IMG/VR virus record: IMGVR_UViG_3300007513_000081
Coordinates: 1 to 41,239 of that record
Strand: one strand, 5' to 3'
DNA: 41,239 nt
From: a virus
Taxonomy: Duplodnaviria > Caudoviricetes
The stretch's first letter is position 1. Each line of letters begins with the position of its first letter. Under the pieces are notes generated by a model. It did not search any database, was not told the DNA's origin, and saw nothing but the letters and a program-made list of their open reading frames with translations. A program made the position numbers and the translations under genes. This document shows, one piece after another, positions 19,937 through 29,618 of the stretch.

Positions 19937-20758
19937 ATTATCTTCAATTAATTTATAAATAATTTCGGGGTGAGTGCCAGTGAACGGTGCTGATTGATCT
20001 CCATTTATTAATCGAATATTCTTGTCCAGCTGCCATTGGTGCCACAAGTTGGATAGAGTATTGTTGTTGTAATACTTCTCCTTAAAGTCAGTTTGACTCT
20101 TAACTACATACCCATAGTGATACAACTTAATCCCCAATTTTAATGTATTATCACGTCCCCACACAACCCGGTTCATCACAACACCGTGTTTATCCTGATA
20201 TATCGGTGGTGCGTGACTTTTCCATGAGGAGCCTGGTTCGTGTTTGAAGATTCTCATCCACGGGATTTGATTTGCCCAAAACATGCCGTGGATTTCATCA
20301 CAACAGTGTTCCCAGTCTCCCCAAAAATGATTTGCATAAAAATGAACAGCATCAATGTGCCTATTCTCCTCCAAACAATCAATCACCTTTCTCATATCTG
20401 ATTTTTTATAAAATTCATCTGAATCTATTTGCCATATATAATCACCTGTGGCATCTTTTACATAAGCATTGCACATTTCCAACTTACCATCCCAGAAACC
20501 GTCTTTAGTAAAAATTTTGATTTTATTATCGGGATCTGGGAAGTTTCGGAGGAATTCCAAAGTGCCATCGGTGGATCTTCCATCGGAGGTTGCCCAGGTT
20601 GCATCTCCATTATTGCCGCCGTGAGGACGAACTGCTCCTTCTGAAATTAGTATCTCGTGTGCTATATCATATATATTCGACAAACATGCACTCAGCATGT
20701 TGGTGGGCAATGTAGATTGTGCATTAAAAACAATCATGCCAAAAGATATTTTTAGCAT
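19934..20758 (-). CDS. Glycosyltransferase family 2
   Basis: KISFGMIVFN, STDGTLEFL, YIWQIDSDEFY (DxD), LYHYGYV. GGAGG RBS supports the start at 20758. Confidence 0.85.
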   Translation of the reverse strand: MLKISFGMIVFNAQSTLPTNMLSACLSNIYDIAHEILISEGAVRPHGGNNGDATWATSDGRSTDGTLEFLRNFPDPDNKIKIFTKDGFWDGKLEMCNAYVKDATGDYIWQIDSDEFYKKSDMRKVIDCLEENRHIDAVHFYANHFWGDWEHCCDEIHGMFWANQIPWMRIFKHEPGSSWKSHAPPIYQDKHGVVMNRVVWGRDNTLKLGIKLYHYGYVVKSQTDFKEKYYNNNTLSNLWHQWQLDKNIRLINGDQSAPFTGTHPEIIYKLIEDN

Positions 20759-21816
20759 TCTATATCCTCCAATACTTTCTGCCATTTTGCGTAAACTTCT
20801 CTTTGTCGTAACCGATTATGCTCCTTCATTTTCAAAGAAATGCTTTCCGTATCGACGTGACGAAGGATGTGTTGTAGATGTTCAAAAGATTCGTAATACT
20901 GTAAAAATGGCATATTCTGTTCATCATAAAAATCAGCATATCTTACCCACTGCATCATCTCCTCGTTGTTCGTGTATCTGTTGGGATCTGGTGTTATCTC
21001 TAATGCAGAACAGGGTGAATACCCAAACACTTGATTCCAGCTCAATTCCGACAAAACTCCATACCTAGAGTATTTTTCTCTCATTTCACTCAACAGATCA
21101 AAGGTGGGAAAAAATAAAGGAATGTTCGATGTGTATTGCTCGAAGATCGACATTGTAGACGAGTTATACGGAACATGAACCACTCCAGAAAATCTTGCTA
21201 AATCTTCCCAAGAATATCCTTGGCCGAGTGCTTTTTCCTTGCTTAAAAGATTCGGTATCTTATGTTGGATGTTGCACTTAGAAAAGAGAATAAAATCCTC
21301 CTTGTCACCAACGTAACTAGAATTTGTATATTCACACAAGCTTGGAATTACCTTCCATTCTCTATCTGTATAGAGTTCTGCATACTTGGAATCATATTTG
21401 TTGTTTGATATGGGAATTATACTCTTGTTATCTATCCCTTTTCTTAAATAGGAATTAAATTTATTCCACTTATCTTTTTGATTACTAAACGGTGCTTCGT
21501 ACCTTGTGCTGGATATTGTTATAATGGGTTTTCCAAATCTTTCGTACAACATGGAAAAACATGGAGTGTGAGTGACGATGAAAGCATCATATCCAGATAG
21601 CTCTTCCTTATATCTATTGTAGAAGGAGTCTATCATCTCTTCGTTAATATTCTTCCAAGTGTTTTGATTAACATACTCCACATTGTCGGGGTTCTTTCCA
21701 AATACCCAAGAATGTCCTGATATGCTCCAATTGTCTACCTTGTGTCCAAGATTTTCAAATATATATTTAATATCTCCTATCACAGAGATATGCAAATCTA
21801 AATTAAAGAATTTCAC
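20752..21816 (-). CDS. Putative glycosyltransferase-like protein (family not assigned)
   Basis: 354 aa inside a GT cluster. VVHVPYNSSTMSIFEQYTSNIPLFFP resembles a GT-B C-terminal motif. Confidence 0.5.
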   Translation of the reverse strand: MKFFNLDLHISVIGDIKYIFENLGHKVDNWSISGHSWVFGKNPDNVEYVNQNTWKNINEEMIDSFYNRYKEELSGYDAFIVTHTPCFSMLYERFGKPIITISSTRYEAPFSNQKDKWNKFNSYLRKGIDNKSIIPISNNKYDSKYAELYTDREWKVIPSLCEYTNSSYVGDKEDFILFSKCNIQHKIPNLLSKEKALGQGYSWEDLARFSGVVHVPYNSSTMSIFEQYTSNIPLFFPTFDLLSEMREKYSRYGVLSELSWNQVFGYSPCSALEITPDPNRYTNNEEMMQWVRYADFYDEQNMPFLQYYESFEHLQHILRHVDTESISLKMKEHNRLRQREVYAKWQKVLEDIEC

Positions 21817-22475
21817 TTCTTGGCTAAAGCTTCTTTCAGAGCTTCCTGATGTTCTTTTACTGTCTGCTCATTTTCGTCGTAAACTTGTCCGACAAAATTA
21901 CTTCCGATTCTCTTAGAAGGGAAGGGTTTTTCTTCGAAAAAAGGATCATGAACCATCACGTTATCAGTTATTAGAGGATAGACTTTTCTGCCAAAAAACC
22001 AATAATCAGTCCCATATTCGTCTGTTTGTGAAAATTCTGATATTAGTTTGTTCATTTGTGGCAGTATACCCCTCTTCACTCCCCACATACCTCCAAGTAC
22101 AGGATACTTATGCCAAGGATGATCTCTCATAATATGAAATCCCTTATCACTCTTTATCCACTCGTCTACTGCCTCTTTTTCTCGATGGCTAATCCGACTA
22201 TCAGTATCTCTAGATACCATAACACTAACGTCATCTTCTCCAGCAGGTTCAAACCTCCAGAACATAGATGTCCAATCACCATCGGTATTCATACGCACAA
22301 CCTGAGTATTGTCCATTGCCTCGATCAACTTAACGATATCGTCGGGGACTGTCCTCGCAATATAGAACCTACATACCCACTCAGGGTAAATGCGTTCGGC
22401 CAATTCTGCATTCCTGACTGCACCGATGGTGTACTTTGGATTACTGCCCCAAACACTAAAAGAAATTATCTTCAC
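21813..22475 (-). CDS. Putative GT-A-like glycosyltransferase (IISFSxWG family)
   Basis: MKIISFSVWGSNPKY, MFWRF, SRDTDSR (DxD), FHIMRDHPWH, LGGMWG. Confidence 0.6.
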   Translation of the reverse strand: MKIISFSVWGSNPKYTIGAVRNAELAERIYPEWVCRFYIARTVPDDIVKLIEAMDNTQVVRMNTDGDWTSMFWRFEPAGEDDVSVMVSRDTDSRISHREKEAVDEWIKSDKGFHIMRDHPWHKYPVLGGMWGVKRGILPQMNKLISEFSQTDEYGTDYWFFGRKVYPLITDNVMVHDPFFEEKPFPSKRIGSNFVGQVYDENEQTVKEHQEALKEALAKK

Positions 22476-24451
22476 TTGCTTCTCCTGGACTCATAGATTT
22501 TAACGTACTTATTAAACACTTCTCTCTCATCTTTTTCTTTCCAGCCACGGTTTGCAGGGTTGGTGGATATTCCTGTCGGATTAAAATAATACAATCCCAA
22601 CGGTATGTTTATCTTCTTAAACACCGAACCTCCAAATGCTGCTCTAAGCCACATATCCCAATCTCCAGCAGATTTGTACTTTGTCTCAAATGTGCCATGT
22701 TTGTCGTGAACACTCTTTCTCCACATAGGGTTGTTGTGGGGGAGATTTCCTCTAAGCATAGACTCTATGGAAAATTGTTCATTATTGTATCTCTGTAGGG
22801 GTTCAGAATTGTGATACCCATCATTCGGGTTTCTCGTAACATATGCGTCTGAATATACCAAATCTACATCGGGATTTAAAGATAGAGTTTTGGCATGAAT
22901 CTCTATAAATTGTTCGTGGCGACTGTCATCCAAATTCGCATTCATGATATACTCACCAGAAGAATTTTCAATCGCATAATTCCATGTACCATAAATCCCA
23001 GGATCTTCATCCAATTTAAGATACTTAATATTTTCCGGGAACGCGGTTTGATACTTTTTTATAATCTCTTCTTCGTTTCCTGGAGAGTTCGGATTAACTA
23101 GGATTAATTCACACTTCTCTTTAAAGATGCTTTGACTTGTTATTTCATTCATGAATTTTTCTATAAACTCATCTCCATCATAAACAGAAGTAATAATAGA
23201 AACTTTTGGCAAATCACCTACACCGATTGTAGAAAGTCTTTCTCCGATTACTTCGTCAGAAAATAAATCGTGGATCTTGCTGGATTCATATTTCTCTAAA
23301 ACTATTTGTTGTAACTTCTTGGCAAGAGATTTTTTTATACCATAATTTTTGTAGACATCCCTTATCTTGCTCTTAAAACTATTCTTCTTCGGGTAGCACC
23401 ATTTGCTATCTTGGGAGATAACCCCTTCCCACACAGAAGATGCAGGAACGGGTGACAAATCATAATCAACTTTAGAAAAAAGAGATTTCCTCTTTTTCTT
23501 TCCTTTTTTATCCTCTATTTCGTGGTTTAAAAAATCGACGTGTCCGCTCCAGTTTGGAGCAACAACTGGAAGTCCATTACATGCTGCCTCAAAAATGGGC
23601 AGCCCAAAACCTTCACCGTGGGCAATTGTAACCAATGATTTCACCTTGTCGTGAGTATAGAGGGAACTCTTTTCTTCCTCTGTTAGCCTTCCATGTAATA
23701 AATAAACCTTGCATTTCCTATCCGGGAAACCTTCCAGTAGTCCCTGTATTGCGGCATTAGTTCTTTGCTTATCTTCTGTACAGCCGCTCCTTAGTGCTGT
23801 TTTTAAAATCAACCCCACATCTTCATCATTGTGGAATTCCTCTACGAACCACCCAACAGTATTTGTTATGTTTTTCCTGTTACCCATTAGGGCAACTAAA
23901 AGAAAATTAAAATCAGTAGAAACATCCAAATCAATATTTCCATCACTCAAATCTGGCACTGGGTATGGAACTACAGAAACTGGTTTTACTATTCTGCTCA
24001 TTGACTGAGATCCTGTTTTTTCGTCTTGGATCGGAAAAGCAGTATTTACAAGTCCATTTTTAGAGTGTTCCGAAATTGTTATAATCTTATCCATTTGGTT
24101 GCATTTCTCTATCCACTCGACGGATATTCTATCTGTCTCTATGCCCGCGGTGACACCGATGTTGTAAGGTGCTATTTTTTTAAACTCATTCGGGATCGTA
24201 ACTTGAATGCTTATATCAAATGCCGTTTTTTGGGATGATGCATATATTTTTGCTTTATTAATAAGTGCATAAAGTTCTTCCCTTTCCGCGGACGCTTTGG
24301 GTTCATAACCTAAATTTCCCCAGTTTATATTATCTAAATAAAGATCAAACAGATCTGACTTCTTCAGGGAACGAATGAGAAACCTTGCATGTTCACCATA
24401 TCCAGATGCACTTAGTGCCGGGCCACGAATTAACACCTTTATTTTTCTCAT
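22472..24451 (-). CDS. Bifunctional glycosyltransferase: GT4-like (N) + GT2 (C)
   Basis: N-part: SGYG, RKNI, GEGFGLPIFEAACNGLPVV. C-part: KVSIITSVY, ANLDD, PMWRKSVH, DWDMWLR. Confidence 0.9.
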   Translation of the reverse strand: MRKIKVLIRGPALSASGYGEHARFLIRSLKKSDLFDLYLDNINWGNLGYEPKASAEREELYALINKAKIYASSQKTAFDISIQVTIPNEFKKIAPYNIGVTAGIETDRISVEWIEKCNQMDKIITISEHSKNGLVNTAFPIQDEKTGSQSMSRIVKPVSVVPYPVPDLSDGNIDLDVSTDFNFLLVALMGNRKNITNTVGWFVEEFHNDEDVGLILKTALRSGCTEDKQRTNAAIQGLLEGFPDRKCKVYLLHGRLTEEEKSSLYTHDKVKSLVTIAHGEGFGLPIFEAACNGLPVVAPNWSGHVDFLNHEIEDKKGKKKRKSLFSKVDYDLSPVPASSVWEGVISQDSKWCYPKKNSFKSKIRDVYKNYGIKKSLAKKLQQIVLEKYESSKIHDLFSDEVIGERLSTIGVGDLPKVSIITSVYDGDEFIEKFMNEITSQSIFKEKCELILVNPNSPGNEEEIIKKYQTAFPENIKYLKLDEDPGIYGTWNYAIENSSGEYIMNANLDDSRHEQFIEIHAKTLSLNPDVDLVYSDAYVTRNPNDGYHNSEPLQRYNNEQFSIESMLRGNLPHNNPMWRKSVHDKHGTFETKYKSAGDWDMWLRAAFGGSVFKKINIPLGLYYFNPTGISTNPANRGWKEKDEREVFNKYVKIYESRRSK

Positions 24452-25710
24452 TTAATCTCCTGCAAAGTCCATCTTTTATATTTCTTTCTAGTATCCCATG
24501 TACCATATTTTTCCAATACTTCGTCTATAATTTCTTTCCATTTTTTCTGGTAATTTTCAAAACTATAGTTTTTCATCACATGCTCTCGGCCTTTTGCGCC
24601 GAGGATTTCCAATTCGTCTTTTGGCATTTTATACATCTTCTCCATTGCAGCAACAACGTCAGAACCATCAAGCCTATCCTCGTAAATCCAAGGGATCTCC
24701 TGAGATCCTATGATTGCTTTGGAGGCGGGATGTAATCCTATTCCAAAATATTCCTCACCATTATAAACTTGTTCCTGCATCCCCCCTGTCATGGTACATA
24801 TAACAGGAACACCACATGATAAAGATTCCTGTATAGATAATCCAAAACCTTCTGCGTCTGATACGGCAATGGTGCAATCCGATAAACTATACATCATTGC
24901 AAGATTCGGCATGTCCAGTTTGGCAGTAGAAAACACAACCTCACCACTAACCATTCCTAGCTCTCGTATAATTGCTTCCAAATCTTGTCCATGCGGATCT
25001 TTAACATCCGTATGCATTATTAGGTTTATTTTATTATGCCCAAGCTTGTCTAACAATTCTTTAAACCAAAAAAGGAGAGATCCGCTTTGCTTCCTTCTTG
25101 CGTTTCTGCTGTTCCAAAAAAAAGTAAAATATTCTGCTCTATCAGGTGTTTTATCGTAAATAAGTTCTTTTAATTTTCTAACTTTATTCTTATCAATGGT
25201 GGGGGTAAAAATATCATTTGGTACTCCATGTGGGTGATAGATCACTTCCACATCTGGAGAAACTGTTCTAACGATATCGTCTGTCACTTTACTGATAGTG
25301 ACAACGACATCATTGGAATCATAACATTTTTTATTAAATTTGGGATAAGGATAATTATCCCAAACATGATAATATACCATAGGTATGTTAGAACGAATTT
25401 CATCATCTATTTCCCACAAAAAACCCCAGAAACGGGGATCTGTCATAAACCATAATAAGTCTGGCTTCTCATTTGAGATTATTTCTCTTATCAAGTCCTG
25501 CGTTCCGTATCCATCAACTGGTAATATCTTCCATCGCCCTCCCAATTCTTCTGAGATGATCATATTATAGTCATGGTGTCGGATTGCTCCAGCTAGAGAG
25601 AAAACCTCATATTCTCCAGTTTTTATAAGTCCTTCTATAAAAAATTTTGTTTGTGTGCCTACTCCCGACGGTGAAAGGGGGTGATCACTGATAGTTAGAA
25701 TTTTCTTCAT
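24448..25710 (-). CDS. Glycosyltransferase family 4
   Basis: KILTISDHP...SGVG, NSRNARRK, EGFGLSIQESLSCGVPVI. Confidence 0.9.
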   Translation of the reverse strand: MKKILTISDHPLSPSGVGTQTKFFIEGLIKTGEYEVFSLAGAIRHHDYNMIISEELGGRWKILPVDGYGTQDLIREIISNEKPDLLWFMTDPRFWGFLWEIDDEIRSNIPMVYYHVWDNYPYPKFNKKCYDSNDVVVTISKVTDDIVRTVSPDVEVIYHPHGVPNDIFTPTIDKNKVRKLKELIYDKTPDRAEYFTFFWNSRNARRKQSGSLLFWFKELLDKLGHNKINLIMHTDVKDPHGQDLEAIIRELGMVSGEVVFSTAKLDMPNLAMMYSLSDCTIAVSDAEGFGLSIQESLSCGVPVICTMTGGMQEQVYNGEEYFGIGLHPASKAIIGSQEIPWIYEDRLDGSDVVAAMEKMYKMPKDELEILGAKGREHVMKNYSFENYQKKWKEIIDEVLEKYGTWDTRKKYKRWTLQEIK

Positions 25711-25724
25711 TGTTTTTTACATAC

Positions 25725-26498
25725 CTATGGGCAATATTTCGTTCTATTGAAATCACACTTCGAACATGACAACTTGTTCTTTATAAAGTTTTCATTATCA
25801 ACATTATATGCTGCTGTTTCCAAAAGTTTAAGGGCATTATTTGTTTTTTTCTTTCCATTAGAAACATTGACAAGTTCTATAGGAAACTGTTTCGTGTTTC
25901 TCTTCAGTAAAACAAAGTGAGTATCGATATTATCGAAATTAACCCCTGTCATTAAATTGTAGAAAACTTTATAATACGAAAGCTGGTATGTTGTCATGGT
26001 GTCTGATTTTCTTCTCGCATCCCAACCCCATGAACATGTTTTCCAATCAATGATGTGATACCTACCATCACTCGTCTTAATTATGCAATCCACGAACCCA
26101 ACGAAGTCGAAATCATTTATAAGTTCAGTGTCTAAAACGATGGGCACTCTTAAATCTTTTTCAGTGTCTATAACCTCATAGTCTCCAAACTTATCTTTCA
26201 TAAATTTAGGAACAGATTCAATTATCTTTAAACCAGATTTTATAAACTCCTGCACTTGAGCAGGAGAGATCTCTTCTTCTAGCAAAGAGATCTCTTTATT
26301 CATTTCCCTCTTAAAGAAGGATGGATAATCAAATCTCTTTTCCTGCCTTAAAAGCATTTGCTCACAAACACTGTGAACGGCAGTGCCGAACGCAGTGAAA
26401 ATGTTACCTTTAAATGGTTTCAATTTATCAATTCTAGTTAGTTTATAATAGAATGGACAAAAATTGAAATCCTTAATTGATGAAAATGATAAGTGCAT
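25725..26498 (-). CDS. Cas4-like / RecB-family PD-(D/E)XK exonuclease with 4-Cys cluster
   Basis: SFSSI...CP, FGTAVH, GFVD...IIDWKT, YQLSYY, C-terminal CSKCDF...CP. Confidence 0.88.
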   Translation of the reverse strand: MHLSFSSIKDFNFCPFYYKLTRIDKLKPFKGNIFTAFGTAVHSVCEQMLLRQEKRFDYPSFFKREMNKEISLLEEEISPAQVQEFIKSGLKIIESVPKFMKDKFGDYEVIDTEKDLRVPIVLDTELINDFDFVGFVDCIIKTSDGRYHIIDWKTCSWGWDARRKSDTMTTYQLSYYKVFYNLMTGVNFDNIDTHFVLLKRNTKQFPIELVNVSNGKKKTNNALKLLETAAYNVDNENFIKNKLSCSKCDFNRTKYCP

Positions 26499-26857
26499 TA
26501 TTTTCCTTTTCTATGTTGCTGAACGCTGTTGCTCTTTTTAGTGTCAATGATAGCAGGTTCCACTTCATTTGTCAAGGACTCTTTCTTATTGACTGGGTTC
26601 TTGTTTTGCGTGGGTTTTGCGTTCACTTTATCTATCGAAAAAACCCACTCGCCAACATGAGAATCACCTTCCTTGTGGTTCGAAGCAGAATCATTTTTGC
26701 GGCAACTTGTGATGTTGTACCCTTCGTCTTGCAACAGTTTCCTCGCATCTCTTGTTAGGAAGTTGATAACAGAATCGTTGGCAGAACTTCTTTTAGTAAG
26801 CTCCACTTTTAAAGTAACTGTTCCTGTTTTTTTATCTTCTTTAATTGTTTTTTTCAT
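26498..26857 (-). CDS. Hypothetical basic protein
   Basis: 119 aa ORF with TAATG coupling to the nuclease gene. Confidence 0.65.
   Translation of the reverse strand: MKKTIKEDKKTGTVTLKVELTKRSSANDSVINFLTRDARKLLQDEGYNITSCRKNDSASNHKEGDSHVGEWVFSIDKVNAKPTQNKNPVNKKESLTNEVEPAIIDTKKSNSVQQHRKGK
26547..26575 (-). promoter_or_regulatory. sigma70 promoter TTGACA-N17-TATCAT with extended -10 (TGc)
   Basis: Perfect -35, 17-nt spacer, 5/6 -10 with TG. About 50 nt upstream of the nuclease start, embedded in the preceding ORF. Confidence 0.7.
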
Positions 26858-27494
26858 AATTTGTTTTCTCCTTACAAATTTTTCTCATCTTATTCATAGT
26901 CTTTTTGAAAGCTTTAAAATTGTTTTTATCTATTTTTTTCTCTAAATGAAAATAAAATAAGTGAGAAAAGTATTTTTTTAAACTTAGACAAGAATCATAA
27001 TTTACAAAATACTTTTGCGTATTATAAATAACATCGTCGAAATTCATTTTTCTCATATACTTTACGAATTCAGGAGACACTTCCAATGATAAAAAATCTG
27101 AAAGTGCCATATTTTTATAAATATCTACTAAATCGTAATATAAATCTCTTTTCTTTTCGAAGAACTCTTGGGTGAATTCTTCTTGGCAAATAATATGCTC
27201 ATATTTATCATACAGTGTCTCCCCTACGGATATAATAAAATTCTCTATTAACAAATCTTCACAATAATGTTCATTGCTTATAAAAACAGTATTGCCTTCC
27301 ACCAATCCTTCTTCCGAAGTTATTTTTGAAATATCTGCTATTATCAAAGTTTCTATTTCGCCAAAATAACAGAAAGGAACTTTCTTTTCTATTATTTTCA
27401 TCATTCGGGACATCTTCATACCTGTTGGTAGTTTATTTGCCTGATATACTGTTATACTGTCGTGGATTTTCTTTTTATAAGATTTTCGCGCCAA
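26841..27494 (-). CDS. Hypothetical AT-rich protein (start uncertain)
   Basis: 217-codon ORF with a TTG start overlapping the phoH end; first ATG at ~27419. Confidence 0.55.
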   Translation of the reverse strand: MARKSYKKKIHDSITVYQANKLPTGMKMSRMMKIIEKKVPFCYFGEIETLIIADISKITSEEGLVEGNTVFISNEHYCEDLLIENFIISVGETLYDKYEHIICQEEFTQEFFEKKRDLYYDLVDIYKNMALSDFLSLEVSPEFVKYMRKMNFDDVIYNTQKYFVNYDSCLSLKKYFSHLFYFHLEKKIDKNNFKAFKKTMNKMRKICKEKTNYEKNN

Positions 27495-28821
27495 GGGTAG
27501 CTACCTCCGATCTTTCACCTTTGATCAATGTTACATGACCCGCAACATCATATGACTTAAACTTTTCAACCGCATGAACCAACCCATTAGATGTCTCATT
27601 TATATAAACATTGTCAATTTGCTCAATGTCTCCGGTTAAAATAATTTTAGTCCCTTCACCTACCCTTGTGATTATAGTCTTTAACTCGTGTCTTGTTAAG
27701 TTCTGTGCTTCATCTATTATAATGTAAGCATTGGCAATTGACCTTCCTCTAATATAGGAAAGTGCTTCTATCTCTATGATTCCTTTTTCTAAATAATCCT
27801 GAACCATCATTTTGTCGTTGCCCAGTAAAAACTGTAAGTTGTCTCTAATGGGTGCTAGCCAGGGTTCCATTTTTTCCTCTAATGTTCCTGGCAAAAACCC
27901 AATGTCTCTTCCCATTGGTTGCACTGGTCTTGAGACGATCATCTTGGTATATTGACTGTCCTTTCCCCCATTGTGTCTGGGACTTTGCAGGGTTTGCTCT
28001 AATCCTGCTGCTAATGCACATAGAGTTTTTCCAGAACCTGCGCGGCCGATGAGGGAGACAACCTTAATATCGTTGTCTGTTAGCAGATCCATTGCAAAAG
28101 TTTGCTCTTTATTTCTTGCTGCGAATCCGAATATTGAAGTATCAAACTTCCTCACTCTTCTGAGGGGTAGTGTGGTGGATATGAATCGAGCAAGAGCTGT
28201 TCTTTTATTATTCACTCTCGAAATCAACATCACATATTGATTTGGCAACAATCCAGAATATTCCTCATCATCTAACGTAATATCTTCTCCGCAATAAAAT
28301 CTGTCAATATGCTCGTCGTCAATTAGGATTTCAGAAAAACCCTTGAACATTTCTTGTTGATCTGTTATGGCATTATCGGGATTATAATCTTCCGTCTTTA
28401 TTCCTACAGAATCACCAATAACTCTCATATTGATGTCTCTCGTAACGAGGATGAGTTTTTTTGGATTTGATAATATGCTCGCGTAGTTTAGGGCAGTTTG
28501 AATGATTATATGATCCGGAATGTCTCTTGACAACTCATCAGGGAGATCCCACTCGGAATTGGAATTCTCTGATACGATTATTTTTCCACGTCCTTTTCCG
28601 ATTCTAACTCCCTTTTTCAAGCTTCCCCTAGATCTGAGTTCGTCCAAGATCTTAATTACATTTCTAGCCATGGCACCGACGGAATCTTGTCGTTTCTTGT
28701 GCTTATCAATCTCTTCTAGCACCATCATTGGAATGAGTATGTCATTGTTTCCAAAAGAGTAAATAGAGTTTGCTTTGGTTAGTAAAACACTTGTATCTAA
28801 TGCGTAAAGTTTTTTTGCCAT
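27475..28821 (-). CDS. phoH: PhoH-family ATPase with N-terminal PIN domain (PhoH2/YlaK type)
   Basis: PIN: YALDTSVLL, VLEEID, PDHII, LVTRDINMR. PhoH: RNKEQ, GRAGSGKT, IGFLPGTLEEKM, YIRGRS, IIDEAQN, GDIEQID, ERSEVA. RBS before ATG 28821. Confidence 0.95.
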   Translation of the reverse strand: MAKKLYALDTSVLLTKANSIYSFGNNDILIPMMVLEEIDKHKKRQDSVGAMARNVIKILDELRSRGSLKKGVRIGKGRGKIIVSENSNSEWDLPDELSRDIPDHIIIQTALNYASILSNPKKLILVTRDINMRVIGDSVGIKTEDYNPDNAITDQQEMFKGFSEILIDDEHIDRFYCGEDITLDDEEYSGLLPNQYVMLISRVNNKRTALARFISTTLPLRRVRKFDTSIFGFAARNKEQTFAMDLLTDNDIKVVSLIGRAGSGKTLCALAAGLEQTLQSPRHNGGKDSQYTKMIVSRPVQPMGRDIGFLPGTLEEKMEPWLAPIRDNLQFLLGNDKMMVQDYLEKGIIEIEALSYIRGRSIANAYIIIDEAQNLTRHELKTIITRVGEGTKIILTGDIEQIDNVYINETSNGLVHAVEKFKSYDVAGHVTLIKGERSEVATLGAKIL

Positions 28822-28838
28822 CGTGTTCCTTTCCTCAA

Positions 28839-28846
28839 TAAGTAGT
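28839..28846 (-). promoter_or_regulatory. Candidate late-promoter motif ACTACTTA upstream of phoH
   Basis: One-mismatch copy of ACTATTTA, 17 nt before the ATG. Confidence 0.45.
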
Positions 28847-28886
28847 TTAATCAATGTAAATAAATTGCTGAGTTTGTAGTTATAAC

Positions 28887-29618
28887 ATGAAGAAAATCTT
28901 TCTTTCACTCGTGATAGCAGCAGTCATTCTTGGTGGTTGCTCATTCATAACCAAACAAATACTTAAAAATAAAAGCAAATCTTTTGTTCAAGTTATGGCA
29001 CTGTCTATCGTGAACGCAAATGGTGATGTCCGACCATCTATGGCATCGGGATTTGTTGTTGCCGATAAACCTGAAGGAACATATATCTTAACAGCTGGGC
29101 ATTTCTGCGTGAACGCCATAGCACCAGATGGAAAAGTTGTTTTAGAAAATGTTATATACGTCAACACGTTGAAGGGCAATAGTCACAGAGCAATTCTCGT
29201 TGGATTGGGACAAGATGTGGATGTTTGTTTGTTGAGAACGAAGAACCTCGGCATGGAACCATTGGAAATGTCTCTACACCCTCCTTCAAAATATGACGAA
29301 GTTCTAAATATCGCAGCACCAGCTGGGTTATTCGGAAAGGATGTCGCAATTGTTTATGAGGGAAGATTTATTGGAACTGAACAAGATCCTCTTGGGCCTC
29401 GGTCAGTGAATGTATATAACCTCCCCGCATTTCCTGGAAGTTCCGGATCTCCAATCTTAAATCGTCATGGTCATGTTATTGGAATGGTTGTGAGTACAGC
29501 AAGAGATTTCTATCACATGGCATTTTCACCAAATCACACGGATATACTCAACTTCTTAGAGGAACACTTAGATCTCGAAGGGTATAATATCACAGAACCA
29601 ACTCTAATTATAGAGTGA
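28887..29618 (+). CDS. Trypsin-like (S1) serine protease, predicted lipoprotein
   Basis: Signal MKKIFLSLVIAAVILGG-C (lipobox-like). Catalytic triad motifs LTAGHFC, DVCLL, PGSSGSP. Confidence 0.88.
   Translation: MKKIFLSLVIAAVILGGCSFITKQILKNKSKSFVQVMALSIVNANGDVRPSMASGFVVADKPEGTYILTAGHFCVNAIAPDGKVVLENVIYVNTLKGNSHRAILVGLGQDVDVCLLRTKNLGMEPLEMSLHPPSKYDEVLNIAAPAGLFGKDVAIVYEGRFIGTEQDPLGPRSVNVYNLPAFPGSSGSPILNRHGHVIGMVVSTARDFYHMAFSPNHTDILNFLEEHLDLEGYNITEPTLIIE

Noticed and set aside
19934-25710. Eukaryotic giant virus or cellular LPS locus origin suggested by the GT cluster
   Set aside because: Shine-Dalgarno sites, sigma70 promoters, overlapping genes and T4-like baseplate genes indicate a bacteriophage.
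25725-26498. Cas4-like gene as evidence of a CRISPR-Cas locus
   Set aside because: No repeat-spacer array or other cas genes are seen in the window, and solo Cas4-like nucleases are common in phages.
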